A DNA stretch of 64,000 nucleotides from an uncultured Luminiphilus sp. (GTDB lineage: Bacteria; Pseudomonadota; Gammaproteobacteria; Pseudomonadales; Halieaceae). Positions 30,900-40,830 of this stretch are shown piece by piece. Location of the stretch: the NCBI GenBank assembly GCA_943787385.1, contig CALSMF010000006.1, positions 68,890-132,889 of the forward strand. Direction: 5' to 3'. Position 1 is the first letter of the stretch, and every line of letters begins with the position of its first letter. The notes under the pieces were generated by a model, which saw only the letters and a list, made by a program, of their open reading frames with translations, made no database searches and was not told where the DNA came from. Made by a program: the position numbers and the translations under genes.

Positions 30900-31738
30900 A
30901 GAACCATCTCCCAGACACCCGACACACCCCCGGCAACGGAGACATCAACCCCTAAGTCAGCGCCATAGGCCCATTCGCGATGAAAGTCGCTGCCCACAGA
31001 TACCATTAAATTTTTATCCTTCGCCAAACGTTTTAACGCAGCAATTTCTGAATCCGATTGTCGACCATTAACAACTTCAATGGCTAGACCGCCAGCGTCC
31101 GAAAAGGCGTCACACAGCGCCCGCAATTTTGTGCGGGTGAAACGATACTTCAACGGGTGCGCAAGCACAGGCACCCCGCCAGCAGCCACGATTACGGCAA
31201 TCGTCTCGGCAAGATTAGGCCACAAGGTCTTTATGTCTCCGGGCTTACCATTACCCAGCCATTTATCAAATGCACGGCTTACGCTGGGCATATGACCTTC
31301 AGCAACGAGCCAATGTGCAAAGTGAGGGCGGCAAATTGCCCCATCTCCAGCCAATGCCTGAGCACCCACTAAGGCTCCTGCCGCTCCGAGTTGCTCGAGT
31401 TTAGCCGCAATTTTCACCGCACGATCGCCACGTAACCGCTGAAGATGATCGATCATATCGATCAGCGGATCAGCGTTTGCATTGACATTTAGGCCCACAA
31501 CATGAATCGTTGCACCACCCCACTGGCAGGACAACTCCACCCCACAGACAAGGGTAATACCATTAGACTGTAGCGACTGAGTCGCCCGCCACCCGGACAG
31601 CGTATCGTGGTCAGTCAGTGCAAGCGCCTCTACACCCCGGTCAACGGCCCTAAGCAGCAACTGAGAGGGCGATAGCGCACCATCAGATGCTGTGGTGTGC
31701 GTGTGGAAGTCAATCAACAAGGGCTCTAAACTCTGCAA
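30896..31738 (-). CDS. PHP-domain phosphoesterase (YciV/TrpH-like)
   Basis: DFHTHTTASDG, ALTDHD, LAHP, GSDFH. Confidence 0.9.
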   Translation of the reverse strand: MQSLEPLLIDFHTHTTASDGALSPSQLLLRAVDRGVEALALTDHDTLSGWRATQSLQSNGITLVCGVELSCQWGGATIHVVGLNVNANADPLIDMIDHLQRLRGDRAVKIAAKLEQLGAAGALVGAQALAGDGAICRPHFAHWLVAEGHMPSVSRAFDKWLGNGKPGDIKTLWPNLAETIAVIVAAGGVPVLAHPLKYRFTRTKLRALCDAFSDAGGLAIEVVNGRQSDSEIAALKRLAKDKNLMVSVGSDFHREWAYGADLGVDVSVAGGVSGVWEMVL

Positions 31739-31817
31739 TACAATGTTTAAGGTTAACAGAGATCATGATCGAGACGATGCACCGGTATCCTTCCCTATGC
31801 GCCAAGCGACGTAGCTT

Positions 31818-32417
31818 ATGAAGCAGTTGGCAGAATTTGTTCCCATTATTATTTTTTTTGTGATCTATCAAATGGATGGCAGCACCATCAGTTTTATGGA
31901 TTGGTCGCACACCGTTGATGGCATATACAGTGCAACCAAGGCCTTATTGGTGGCAACATTCTTTATACTCCCGCTTCAGTGGTGGTTAACAGGCTATCTT
32001 GAAAAACGTCTGCTATGGACCAGCGCTGCGGTTTTCGTTTTTGGCGGCGCCACTTTATTTTTTAAAAATGAACTGTTCATTCAGTGGAAGCCGACCGTTT
32101 TTAATTGGGGCATGGCAATCGCCTTCGCGGTGTCGCAATTTTGGGGCGATAAAAACCTAATCGAGCGACTCATGGGCTCACAGATTCAAATACCTCGCGC
32201 TATCTGGCAGCGAATCTGCTGGGTTTGGGTGGCATATTTTTCCATGGTAGGTGCGCTCAACCTATTTGTCGCATATCAATTCTCCGAGGCTACCTGGGTG
32301 TCCTACAAGATGTGGTCATTTATACCCCTCACCTTTTTTATCATGGTGATCACAGCGATTATAATGAGCCCCTCGCTCAAAGCAGACGACACCAGCAACA
32401 CCACAGGTGGTTCGTAA
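31818..32417 (+). CDS. yciB: Inner-membrane protein YciB (IspZ)
   Basis: GIYSAT, FGGATL, FIQWKPT, WVSYK. Confidence 0.9.
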   Translation: MKQLAEFVPIIIFFVIYQMDGSTISFMDWSHTVDGIYSATKALLVATFFILPLQWWLTGYLEKRLLWTSAAVFVFGGATLFFKNELFIQWKPTVFNWGMAIAFAVSQFWGDKNLIERLMGSQIQIPRAIWQRICWVWVAYFSMVGALNLFVAYQFSEATWVSYKMWSFIPLTFFIMVITAIIMSPSLKADDTSNTTGGS

Positions 32418-32478
32418 AATATGCAATCGGTCGAACTCGCCAGTAAGACATGGACGTTAAAGACAAGGAGATTCACTC

Positions 32479-33186
32479 ATGCACCCAAATGAAAGGCTCG
32501 TTTGGCCAGCTATCGCAACAGCCGGACTGCTGTTGCTTCAAAGCGTCATACTGCCCACTGTGTGTTTTGCTGAAGAGAAGCGATACATCACCGATGAAAT
32601 CCTCGTGCCCGTTCGCAGTGGCGCCGGTGGTGAGTACCGCATTGTCAATAAGGGGCTGTCCTCTGGGACCCCCATTACGCAATTTAGTCTCTCGGAGGAC
32701 GGCGTTTGGGCTGAAGTCGAAACCCGCGGCGGTACCCGGGGGTGGTTGCGAGCGCAGTACATTCAAACCGAACGGCCAAGCCAGCTACTGCTTGAAGATG
32801 CCAAGCAGGAGTTTGCCAAACTTGAAGCAGACAGAAACAAGCTACGCAGCATGCTGGATAACTCGCAAACGGTTGCCTATGAAGCCGATGGAGAGCTCGC
32901 AGAACTGAAGGAACAGTTTGCCGCTAATCAGGCTGAGCTCAGGCAAATCAAACAAATATCAGCTGCGGCTATTGAGTTAGATTCACGCAATCAATCACTG
33001 GCCAAAAGTTTAGAAACCAAACGCTCGGAAGCAGAGCTCTTAAAGTTAGAAAATGTCCGGCTCCAAGAGCGTATTAAAAGCAATCAGATCATCGACGGTG
33101 CACTCGCCGTGCTGCTGGGCGTTATAATTATGGCCTTTGCGCCCAAACTGGTCCCCAAACGACGCAGGAACGATGGCTGGTCGTAA
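32479..33186 (+). CDS. SH3b-domain, coiled-coil, C-terminal TM protein (YgiM-like)
   Basis: RYITDEILVPVRSGAGGEYRIV, GWL, coiled coil, C-terminal TM and RRRNDGW. Confidence 0.85.
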   Translation: MHPNERLVWPAIATAGLLLLQSVILPTVCFAEEKRYITDEILVPVRSGAGGEYRIVNKGLSSGTPITQFSLSEDGVWAEVETRGGTRGWLRAQYIQTERPSQLLLEDAKQEFAKLEADRNKLRSMLDNSQTVAYEADGELAELKEQFAANQAELRQIKQISAAAIELDSRNQSLAKSLETKRSEAELLKLENVRLQERIKSNQIIDGALAVLLGVIIMAFAPKLVPKRRRNDGWS

Positions 33187-33216
33187 GACCTGAACTTAAC
33201 TAATGGAACGCTAATT

Positions 33217-33819
33217 ATGAGACACCTCTGCCGAATGTTCGTGATGCTGGGGCTTCTAGCCGGTTCAAGCATGCTGTGTGCGCAAGACAATGAGAGCACG
33301 CTACGGGTGAAACTGGTCACTTCCGCCGGAGACATAACCCTCAGACTCTACCCAGAGAAATCTCCGGTCACCGTGGAGAATTTTCTCGCCTATGTTGATA
33401 GTGGATTTTACAACGGGACCATCTTCCATCGGGTCATTAGCAACTTCATGGTGCAAGGCGGTGGCTTTACCACGGCAATGACGGAGAAGGTCTCTGGCGA
33501 GCCCATTGTCAACGAAAGTCGCAACAAACTGCACAACATTCGCGGCACCGTCGCCATGGCTAGAACCAGTGATCCCGATTCGGCGACAGCACAGTTTTTC
33601 ATAAACCAGCGCAGCAATCTCCAGCTCGACTGGGCACCGGGAAAAGAGGGTTATACCGTCTTTGGCGAAGTCGTAAAGGGAATGGGGGTGGTCGATTTTA
33701 TCGCGACGGCAGACACCGATACGGGTCTAATGACTACCGGTGCGGGGCAACGTCCCTTTCAAGATGTTCCGGTAGAAGCCATCGTGATTGAGGAAATCGT
33801 GCGCGTGCGTGGAAAATGA
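33217..33819 (+). CDS. ppiA: Periplasmic cyclophilin-type peptidyl-prolyl isomerase
   Basis: Signal peptide, FHRVISNFMVQGGG, AMARTSDPDSATAQFFIN, GYTVFG. Confidence 0.88.
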   Translation: MRHLCRMFVMLGLLAGSSMLCAQDNESTLRVKLVTSAGDITLRLYPEKSPVTVENFLAYVDSGFYNGTIFHRVISNFMVQGGGFTTAMTEKVSGEPIVNESRNKLHNIRGTVAMARTSDPDSATAQFFINQRSNLQLDWAPGKEGYTVFGEVVKGMGVVDFIATADTDTGLMTTGAGQRPFQDVPVEAIVIEEIVRVRGK

Positions 33820-34577
33820 CAGCACTGAGCATCAATTTGAACAAAATTGCATTGATCCGTAATTCCCGCGTCACGACAATCCCAAATGTCGTGGCCCATG
33901 CTGAAATGTGTATCTCAGCGGGCGCCAACGGAATCACCGTGCACCCGCGTCCTGACCAGCGACATATTCGTGCGCAAGATTGCTTTGATCTGAAATCCGC
34001 CATCAATGTTGAACTCAATATCGAGGGCAATCCCTTCACTGAGCCGCGTTTAAGCGATCAACCCCATGTTGGGGACTACCCCGGCTTTATCGCACTGGTG
34101 CAAGCGGTCGGTCCCGCTCAAGTTACTTTGGTTCCCGACAACGACCAGCAACTCACCTCTGACCATGGCTTTAATGTTGCCAACGATGGGCAGCGACTCG
34201 AGCCGCTCGTCAAGATCTTCAAAGACCTGGGCTGTCGTGTCAGTCTATTCATGGATCCAGAACCCGGCGCCATGGCCACTGTTGCTAGCTTGGGTGCCGA
34301 TCGCGTCGAGCTGTACACGGAAAGCTACGCCCGAGCTCACGAAGCCGGCGATTTTAAAAAAACTTTGACGGCTTTTCAGGAAACCGCAGAAGCCGCGTTT
34401 GCCGCTGGGTTGGGGGTCAACGCGGGGCATGATTTGAACCTGAGTAACTTACCCGACTTCGCAGTACCCCACCTCGATGAGGTCTCTATTGGCCATGCCT
34501 TTACCGTAGATGCATTGCGCTGGGGTATCGAGGAAACGATGACACGCTATCAACAGGCCCTTGGCAAAAACATCTAG
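33816..34577 (+). CDS. pdxJ: Pyridoxine 5'-phosphate synthase
   Basis: GITVHPRPDQRHI, VNAGHDL, EVSIGHA. Confidence 0.95.
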   Translation: MTALSINLNKIALIRNSRVTTIPNVVAHAEMCISAGANGITVHPRPDQRHIRAQDCFDLKSAINVELNIEGNPFTEPRLSDQPHVGDYPGFIALVQAVGPAQVTLVPDNDQQLTSDHGFNVANDGQRLEPLVKIFKDLGCRVSLFMDPEPGAMATVASLGADRVELYTESYARAHEAGDFKKTLTAFQETAEAAFAAGLGVNAGHDLNLSNLPDFAVPHLDEVSIGHAFTVDALRWGIEETMTRYQQALGKNI

Positions 34578-34583
34578 GCTGCC

Positions 34584-35300
34584 ATGACATCGAGCCCTGA
34601 AATAGATGTGGAGCTACCGCCCTATCTCGTACCTCACAGTCAAGATTATATTCGCATTCTCTATGCCGACGATTCGCTGCTGATCGTCGATAAGCCCCAT
34701 CTTTTGCTCAGTGTTCCGGGGCGCCACCCGCTTAATCGCGACTGCCTTTTAAGTCGACTAGAGCAGCGCTTTCCGGGTGTTGCTGCGGCTCACCGCCTAG
34801 ACCTCGATACGAGTGGCCTACTGGTGGTTCCCAGGGATAAAAGCACTCTCGTAGCACTAAATAAGCAATTTCAAGACCGCGCCGTCTTAAAAACCTATCG
34901 TGCTTTGGTTTATGGTCAGGTTAAGGATGACGAGGGACAAATAGACCTGCCCATCATAGGTGACTGGCACAACCGCCCCCGTCAAAAAATTTGCACCAAA
35001 ACCGGCAAGCCATCTCTCACCCACTATCGCGTGCTTGACCGACAATCGAACAGCTCTTTACTGGAACTCAAACCTGTCACTGGCCGCTCGCATCAACTGC
35101 GCATACACCTGATGGCTTTGGGTCACCCCATCATGGGCTGTGATCTTTACGCCCATCAAGAGGCATTATCAGCAGCCCCCCGATTACTGCTGCATGCCAA
35201 TCAATTAACGTTTAAACACCCGCTGACCCAGGGGCTTTTACGGGCTTACTCCCCAGCACCCTTTGACATAAAAGGGCTCCTAGCCTTCCGCCCCGGCTAG
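34584..35300 (+). CDS. rluA: RluA family pseudouridine synthase
   Basis: LLSVPGR, HRLDLDTSG, TGRSHQLRIH. Confidence 0.88.
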   Translation: MTSSPEIDVELPPYLVPHSQDYIRILYADDSLLIVDKPHLLLSVPGRHPLNRDCLLSRLEQRFPGVAAAHRLDLDTSGLLVVPRDKSTLVALNKQFQDRAVLKTYRALVYGQVKDDEGQIDLPIIGDWHNRPRQKICTKTGKPSLTHYRVLDRQSNSSLLELKPVTGRSHQLRIHLMALGHPIMGCDLYAHQEALSAAPRLLLHANQLTFKHPLTQGLLRAYSPAPFDIKGLLAFRPG

Positions 35301-35354
35301 TCCACTTGCACCGGTTACTCCGTAATACCCATGCAGCCCCTAAGGAAGATCACC

Positions 35355-35858
35355 GTGGTCAGTAGCTCCCAAAAGAACGACGTTCATACCATCGTCGCTA
35401 AGCCCGACCACTCCTCTACATGGCGGAATAACCTGTGGTTGCTCGCGGCGGTTGCCGTGCCATCTATGGGCGCAGCGATAGGCTTTGCCTTTCTTGGCGC
35501 CTGGCCAATTCTGCCTTTTGCAGGGGCAGAACTGATCTCCCTAGGTGCCGCGCTCTATTATGTGAACTGGAAGCTGCAGTACAGACATGTCATTACGCTG
35601 AGCCCCACTAGCGTAAAGATCGATATTGGTCACTATGCTCCACGTAGAAGCTGGCACTTCGATCGCGAAGAGTCATCGTTAGCCGTCACTCCCGAGCAAC
35701 ATCCCTGGGACGGACCCAAGCTCGCCCTCCACAACCGCGAACAAACTGTCGAAATCGGCAGCTTCCTTAATCGCGATGATCGCTTACTGCTGCTTTCCTT
35801 GGTAAGAAGTGAGCTAAAAGTCGGAACGCACAGCGCCCCTGGCTCAAGACAACTTTGA
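35355..35858 (+). CDS. DUF2244-like membrane protein
   Basis: GAWPILPFAGAE and EIGSFLN family-like motifs; AAGGA before GTG 35355 (alternative ATG 35331). Confidence 0.7.
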   Translation: MVSSSQKNDVHTIVAKPDHSSTWRNNLWLLAAVAVPSMGAAIGFAFLGAWPILPFAGAELISLGAALYYVNWKLQYRHVITLSPTSVKIDIGHYAPRRSWHFDREESSLAVTPEQHPWDGPKLALHNREQTVEIGSFLNRDDRLLLLSLVRSELKVGTHSAPGSRQL

Positions 35859-35926
35859 GGTCGTAAGGACTTCACGGGTACACTGCGCGTCGTTACCTCA
35901 CCTTGCCACAACCGGCCTTGAACGCT

Positions 35927-37249
35927 ATGACCTCGAATCCAGAAAAAGTTGGCTTTATCTCACTAGGCTGCCCAAAGGCACTCGTGGACTCCGAGCGCAT
36001 TCTCACTCAGCTCCGCTCGGATGGCTACGAAGTCACGCCAAACTATGAAGATGCTGGCGTTGTTATCGTTAACACCTGCGGATTTATCGATAGCGCCAAA
36101 GCAGAATCACTCGAAGCCATCAGTGAGGCCGTACAGGAAAACGGTCGCGTTTTGGTCACTGGATGTATGGGCAAAGGCGATGATGCCCAACGCATTCAGG
36201 ACCTACACCCCAATATTCTCGGTATTTCTGGGCCGGCAGCTTACGAGGAAGTTGTAGGCGCGGTGCATGAGGTCATACCGATGACCCGCAAACCTGACCC
36301 GCTAAACGATTTAATTCCGGCTCAGGGCATCAAACTCACGCCCAGACACTATGCGTATTTAAAGATTTCAGAAGGCTGCAACCACCGCTGCAAATTTTGC
36401 ATCATTCCCAGCATGCGCGGCGACCTCGTTAGTAGGCCTATCGGCGATATTATGCGTGAAGCCGAGGCGTTGGTTCGCGCAGGTGTGCGCGAGTTATTAG
36501 TTATATCCCAAGATACCAGCGCCTACGGCGTTGATCTGCGGTACCGCACAGACTTTTGGGAGGGGCGACCCCTGAAGTCTGACTTGCTAACACTTGCCAA
36601 GACCCTCGGAGAGTTTGGTATTTGGGTGCGCTTACACTACGTGTATCCCTATCCCAATGTAGACGCTCTCATTCCGCTGATGGCAGATAAAAAGATTCTG
36701 CCTTACCTCGATATACCGCTACAGCATGGCAGCCCCTCGGTACTGCAGCGAATGAAACGGCCTGCTGCTGCGGAAAAAACGCTGGAACGCATCAAGCACT
36801 GGCGAGAAATTTGCCCAGATATCACCCTGCGCTCTACCTTCATCGTGGGCTACCCCGGCGAAACTGAAGCTGAATTTCAAGAACTCCTCGATTTTATCGA
36901 CGAGGCGCAGATTGATCGGGTTGGTTGTTTTCAATACTCCCCAGTAAAAGGCGCGACAGCCAATGAACTGCCTAACCCCGTATCTGATGTGGTAAAACAA
37001 CAGCGCTGGGATGCTTTTATGGCAAGGCAACAAAGCATTAGCGCGACCAAGCTCGCCAAGAAAATTGGCACCACCCAAGCCGTTCTTATCGATGAGGTTG
37101 AAGGTGATCGCGCCGTTGGCCGAAGCATGGCCGATGCTCCGGAAATCGACGGTGTCGTGCACCTAACAGCACCGCCCGGCTTAAAGCCCGGGGATCTCGT
37201 GGAAGGCGAGGTATCTGCAGCCGATGATTATGACCTGTGGATGACCTAG
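35927..37249 (+). CDS. rimO: Ribosomal protein S12 methylthiotransferase
   Basis: [12 protein letters not shown], radical-SAM CNHRCKFC, C-terminal TRAM DAPEIDG. Confidence 0.97.
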   Translation: MTSNPEKVGFISLGCPKALVDSERILTQLRSDGYEVTPNYEDAGVVIVNTCGFIDSAKAESLEAISEAVQENGRVLVTGCMGKGDDAQRIQDLHPNILGISGPAAYEEVVGAVHEVIPMTRKPDPLNDLIPAQGIKLTPRHYAYLKISEGCNHRCKFCIIPSMRGDLVSRPIGDIMREAEALVRAGVRELLVISQDTSAYGVDLRYRTDFWEGRPLKSDLLTLAKTLGEFGIWVRLHYVYPYPNVDALIPLMADKKILPYLDIPLQHGSPSVLQRMKRPAAAEKTLERIKHWREICPDITLRSTFIVGYPGETEAEFQELLDFIDEAQIDRVGCFQYSPVKGATANELPNPVSDVVKQQRWDAFMARQQSISATKLAKKIGTTQAVLIDEVEGDRAVGRSMADAPEIDGVVHLTAPPGLKPGDLVEGEVSAADDYDLWMT

Positions 37250-37256
37250 GGACCCG

Positions 37257-37970
37257 TTGGTGAATATTGTTTTATTCGAGGCTAGTGAGCTCACATCGGA
37301 TCATAAAATTACCTTGGCCGACCGACGCTATGCGCATTTGCGCGATGTCCTCAAGTGCGTCGAGGGTGACCGGGTCCGGGTAGGCATGATTAACGGAGCC
37401 AAAGGAACCGGTCAGATACTGTCAATGACCACAGCAACGGTGGACCTGCATGTTGAAATCAAGGAGGCACCGTTGCCTTGTCATCCCACGACCCTCGTGT
37501 TGGCCCTTCCCCGCCCCAAAATGCTGCGCAGGATCTTACGCAGCTGCGCTGAATTCGGGGTTCAAGATATTCACATTATTCACAGCTACCGCGTTGAAAA
37601 AAGCTTTTGGCAAAGCCCGCTGCTGGAGCCAAAAAAAATACGTCAGGCCTTACTAGTCGGCCTCGAGCGCAGTGGTGATACCCGACTACCCATAGTCACA
37701 CTGCATCGCCGTTTTAAGCCCTTTATCGAGGACCAACTGGCCGCCATTGCTAGGGAGAAGCCGATATTGTTGGCCCACCCGGGGGACTTTCCGCCCATGG
37801 AGACCACGCTAGCCGAACCGCACTTAATCATGATTGGGCCCGAGGGCGGCTTCATACCCTATGAAGTAGACTTAGCCTGTGAGGTCGGTGCCCAGCCCAG
37901 AACCCTAGGTCCCCGAATTCTGAGTGTCGATACCACTGTCCCAGCGATACTGGGCAGGACTCTGCCGTAA
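37257..37970 (+). CDS. rsmE: 16S rRNA m3U1498 methyltransferase family
   Basis: LALPRPKML, IGPEGGF, LGPRILS. Confidence 0.88.
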   Translation: MVNIVLFEASELTSDHKITLADRRYAHLRDVLKCVEGDRVRVGMINGAKGTGQILSMTTATVDLHVEIKEAPLPCHPTTLVLALPRPKMLRRILRSCAEFGVQDIHIIHSYRVEKSFWQSPLLEPKKIRQALLVGLERSGDTRLPIVTLHRRFKPFIEDQLAAIAREKPILLAHPGDFPPMETTLAEPHLIMIGPEGGFIPYEVDLACEVGAQPRTLGPRILSVDTTVPAILGRTLP

Positions 37971-38025
37971 AGGATCAGCGTTGGGCGGCAGCCGCGCCTA
38001 ATGACAAGTCGCCGCTTTTACCAAG

Positions 38026-38703
38026 CTAAGCCAACTGTGGCGGCACCTCATTTACACCTGTACCTAGGGGGCAAGCAACCCCGGTGCCGCCCAGACCACA
38101 ATAACCCGCAGGGTTTTTGTGTAAGTACTGCTGGTGGTAGTCTTCTGCGTAATAAAAGATCGGCGCCTCGCAAATCTCAGTGGTAATTTCGCCAAACCCC
38201 GCCGCCGACAATCCCGGCTGATAACGATCTTTAGAGTCTATGGCCGCTGCACGCTGAGTTTCATCGAAGCAGTAAATGCCGCTTCGATATTGTGTTCCCA
38301 AATCATTGCCCTGCCGCATTCCCTGCGTTGGATTGTGGCCCTCCCAAAATAGGGTTAGCAGGGATTGGTAGCCTATTTGCTCTGGATCGAAGATCACCAA
38401 GACCACCTCGTTATGCCCGGTCTGCCCCGAACAGACCTCTTTATAGTCTGGATTTGGGGTAACGCCAGCGGCATACCCCACAGCGGTTGTGAAAACACCC
38501 TCGACCTGCCAAAACTTCTTTTCAACCCCCCAAAAGCACCCCATACCAAACATAGCGCTCGCAAGATGCTCAGGAAATGGCGGGCAAATAGGATGCCCTG
38601 TAACGGCGTGACTGTTGGTGACCGACATGGGGGCCGACCTTCCACTGAGTGCAGTCTCTTCGGTGGGCAGTGCGCGTTTACGGCGAATATCGAAAAGACT
38701 CAT
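38026..38703 (-). CDS. msrA: Peptide methionine (S)-sulfoxide reductase
   Basis: [36 protein letters not shown]. Confidence 0.96.
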   Translation of the reverse strand: MSLFDIRRKRALPTEETALSGRSAPMSVTNSHAVTGHPICPPFPEHLASAMFGMGCFWGVEKKFWQVEGVFTTAVGYAAGVTPNPDYKEVCSGQTGHNEVVLVIFDPEQIGYQSLLTLFWEGHNPTQGMRQGNDLGTQYRSGIYCFDETQRAAAIDSKDRYQPGLSAAGFGEITTEICEAPIFYYAEDYHQQYLHKNPAGYCGLGGTGVACPLGTGVNEVPPQLA

Positions 38704-38973
38704 GTGTTCTCTTTGGGGCATCTAATGGACCGCAAAGTGTAGCGAATCTGCGCCGATGGCGCCAAATACGGTTATTGAGTGCTAACACTGCCCCCGCCAG
38801 GCATTTACCTCGCCCTTTGCACCCTGCGCGGCCACAAAGAAATCACTACATTTGTCTGAAAATTCGACGACTTCAAGTTAGAGACAATGATCATGAGCCC
38901 GTACGTCGTGCTTTATGCCACTTGACCGACGCTGCCGATCAAGGTCTCATCACTGCTGAACCCTTACACAAAG

Positions 38974-39673
38974 ATGACAAATCATCAGCAAAGATCTCAC
39001 CTCCAAAACCTCTAAATCTGACGTCGCTGCCTTCGTCGGTAAGGCCAAAGCCATTCGAACGATCAGCAGCCGGCAATCACGTCTGCTATTTGCCTTAGAC
39101 GCCACCGCCAGCCGAGATGCCACGTGGCAAACGGCAAAGCGTCATCATCGCGAGTTGTATGATGCGACGACGGGGGCCTCGAGCATTGCCATACAACTGT
39201 GCTACTACCGAGGTTTAAACGAATTTGATACCAGTCAGTGGCTAAGTTCGGGGCCAGAGCTGCGGACTCGCATGGATAAGGTGACCTGTAAAGGTGGACC
39301 CACGCAAATTGCGCGATTACTCACCCACTACCTCGCGGCAGGAACCCCGACAGCACCTGTACGTAGCCTAATTTTTATCGGCGATGCGGTGGAAGAGCAT
39401 CCAGACACTTTGTTCAACCTGGCGGGTCAGTGCCGACTGAAAGGCCAACCGGTGTTTATCTTTCAAGAGGGAGCAGACATTACAGCGACTCGCGTTTTTT
39501 CAGAAATTGCGCGCATCAGTGGCGGGGCCTATGCCGCCCTTGGCGCTCAAAATGCACAGGCCATGGGACTATTACTACGCGCTGTAGCCCGCTACGCTTC
39601 AGGCGGACGTCAGGCGCTCACTCAATCCGGTACTGAGAGTGATAAACTCTTACTTGCCCAGTTGCCAAAGTAA
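38974..39673 (+). CDS. Stand-alone von Willebrand A (vWA) domain protein (start frameshifted near 38975-38992)
   Basis: The frame of ORF 39155 stays open upstream to about 38978 and reads DVAAFVGKAK...RLLFALDATASR (MIDAS-like DxTxS), then GGPTQI, FIGDAVEE, IARISGGAY. Confidence 0.75.
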
Positions 39674-39711
39674 ACTTAGAGCAACTTCACTAACACGGAA
39701 AACTCGCAACA

Positions 39712-40443
39712 GTGCCAAGAATCATTCTGTTACTTGCCATCATCATCGCGCTGGCTTTGCTCGTGCGTCGAATACAGGCCATGCCACCGCACAAGCGTCG
39801 TAGTGGATATGTCCAGCTCATACTCGGTGCTGCGGCGCTCGCTGCCATCGTCCTCACCGCCATGGGAAAAATGCACTGGGTTGGCGCTGCGCTGACCGGC
39901 TTGTTGGTCGCAGCTCGACAAACACTACCCATACTGGTTCGCGTTTTTCCGTACTTACAGAAGTGGTCGCGCCAAACATCAGCACCGGATGGACAGCACT
40001 CAGAAGTGAAAACCGAACTGCTTCGTATGACCTTGGATCATAGCAATGGTGAACTGCAAGGCGAAGTCTTAGCCGGCCCTTTTATCGATTGGACCCTCGA
40101 TGAAATGAATCGGGAGCAACTGCAGGCTTTGCTAACTTATTGTCAGGAACACGATGCCGATTCAGAGCAGCTTTTAATGAGTTATTTGGAGCAGCGATTT
40201 CCCAATGGCTGGCAGCATGAAGGTGACAGCGAGAACAATCAACAAACCTCTTCTAGTGCCATAGGCCGTAGCGAAGCGCTCGCGGTACTGGGCTTGAGCG
40301 AAGATGCCACTCGAGATGAAATCGTGGCAGCCCACCGAAGTCTTATCCAAAAAATTCACCCCGATCGCGGGGGGAACGACTACTTGGCCGCTAAAATCAA
40401 CGAAGCAAAAGACTTCCTTATGAAAGACGCGCCAAGTCAGTAA
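39712..40443 (+). CDS. Membrane-anchored protein with C-terminal J domain (Pam18/Tim14-like)
   Basis: Three hydrophobic N-terminal segments, MTLDH..G...GEVLAG middle domain, EALAVLGL...HPDRGGNDYLAAKINEAKDFL. Confidence 0.85.
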   Translation: MPRIILLLAIIIALALLVRRIQAMPPHKRRSGYVQLILGAAALAAIVLTAMGKMHWVGAALTGLLVAARQTLPILVRVFPYLQKWSRQTSAPDGQHSEVKTELLRMTLDHSNGELQGEVLAGPFIDWTLDEMNREQLQALLTYCQEHDADSEQLLMSYLEQRFPNGWQHEGDSENNQQTSSSAIGRSEALAVLGLSEDATRDEIVAAHRSLIQKIHPDRGGNDYLAAKINEAKDFLMKDAPSQ

Positions 40444-40477
40444 TCTTCCAAAAAATTCTTAAATACCAAGGTATCTC

Positions 40478-40828
40478 ATGAGCACCGTTTTTATTGTGAC
40501 TAATCAGGATGGCCATTACTGGGGCCGCGGCAAACGATGGGTCGATGGCCACGACGGCAGTCGCGTACTCGCCCTGACCCACCGGGATGAAGCTGTGAAC
40601 AACGTTTTCGAGTTGAGCTCTAAAGACGTGCTTTTGCGCTGTGACATTCTCACATTGAACCTTGTCGACGGTAAGCTGCCCAAGCTGGACGTTTCAAGTA
40701 TTCCGTTACCGGACGCTGAGGATGAGGCCGAAGCAACTGGCCAAGAGAGTTTGGCGGTAGCTCCCCTTGAAAAAGGACCATCTACCCCTATCTCTACCAT
40801 TCAAGAGAGTAAAACTGGAGAACTCTGA
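40478..40828 (+). CDS. Hypothetical protein
   Basis: Clean ORF with an AAGG RBS, co-directional, ending 2 bp before htpX. Confidence 0.65.
   Translation: MSTVFIVTNQDGHYWGRGKRWVDGHDGSRVLALTHRDEAVNNVFELSSKDVLLRCDILTLNLVDGKLPKLDVSSIPLPDAEDEAEATGQESLAVAPLEKGPSTPISTIQESKTGEL
40761..40793 (+). promoter_or_regulatory. Putative sigma-32 (RpoH) promoter for htpX
   Basis: CTCCCCTTGAA-N14-CCCTATCT matches the CTTGAA-N13-15-CCCCATNT consensus, about 40 bp upstream of htpX. Confidence 0.65.
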
Positions 40829-40830
40829 CA

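Noticed and set aside
38777-38785. GAGTGCTAA, the right half of a CIRCE (HrcA) element, between msrA and vWA
   Set aside because: There is no TTAGCACTC-like left arm at 9-nt spacing; a half-site alone is not evidence.
38649-39098. 149-aa plus-strand ORF upstream of vWA
   Set aside because: It overlaps msrA antisense and the true vWA frame, and its composition is not protein-like.
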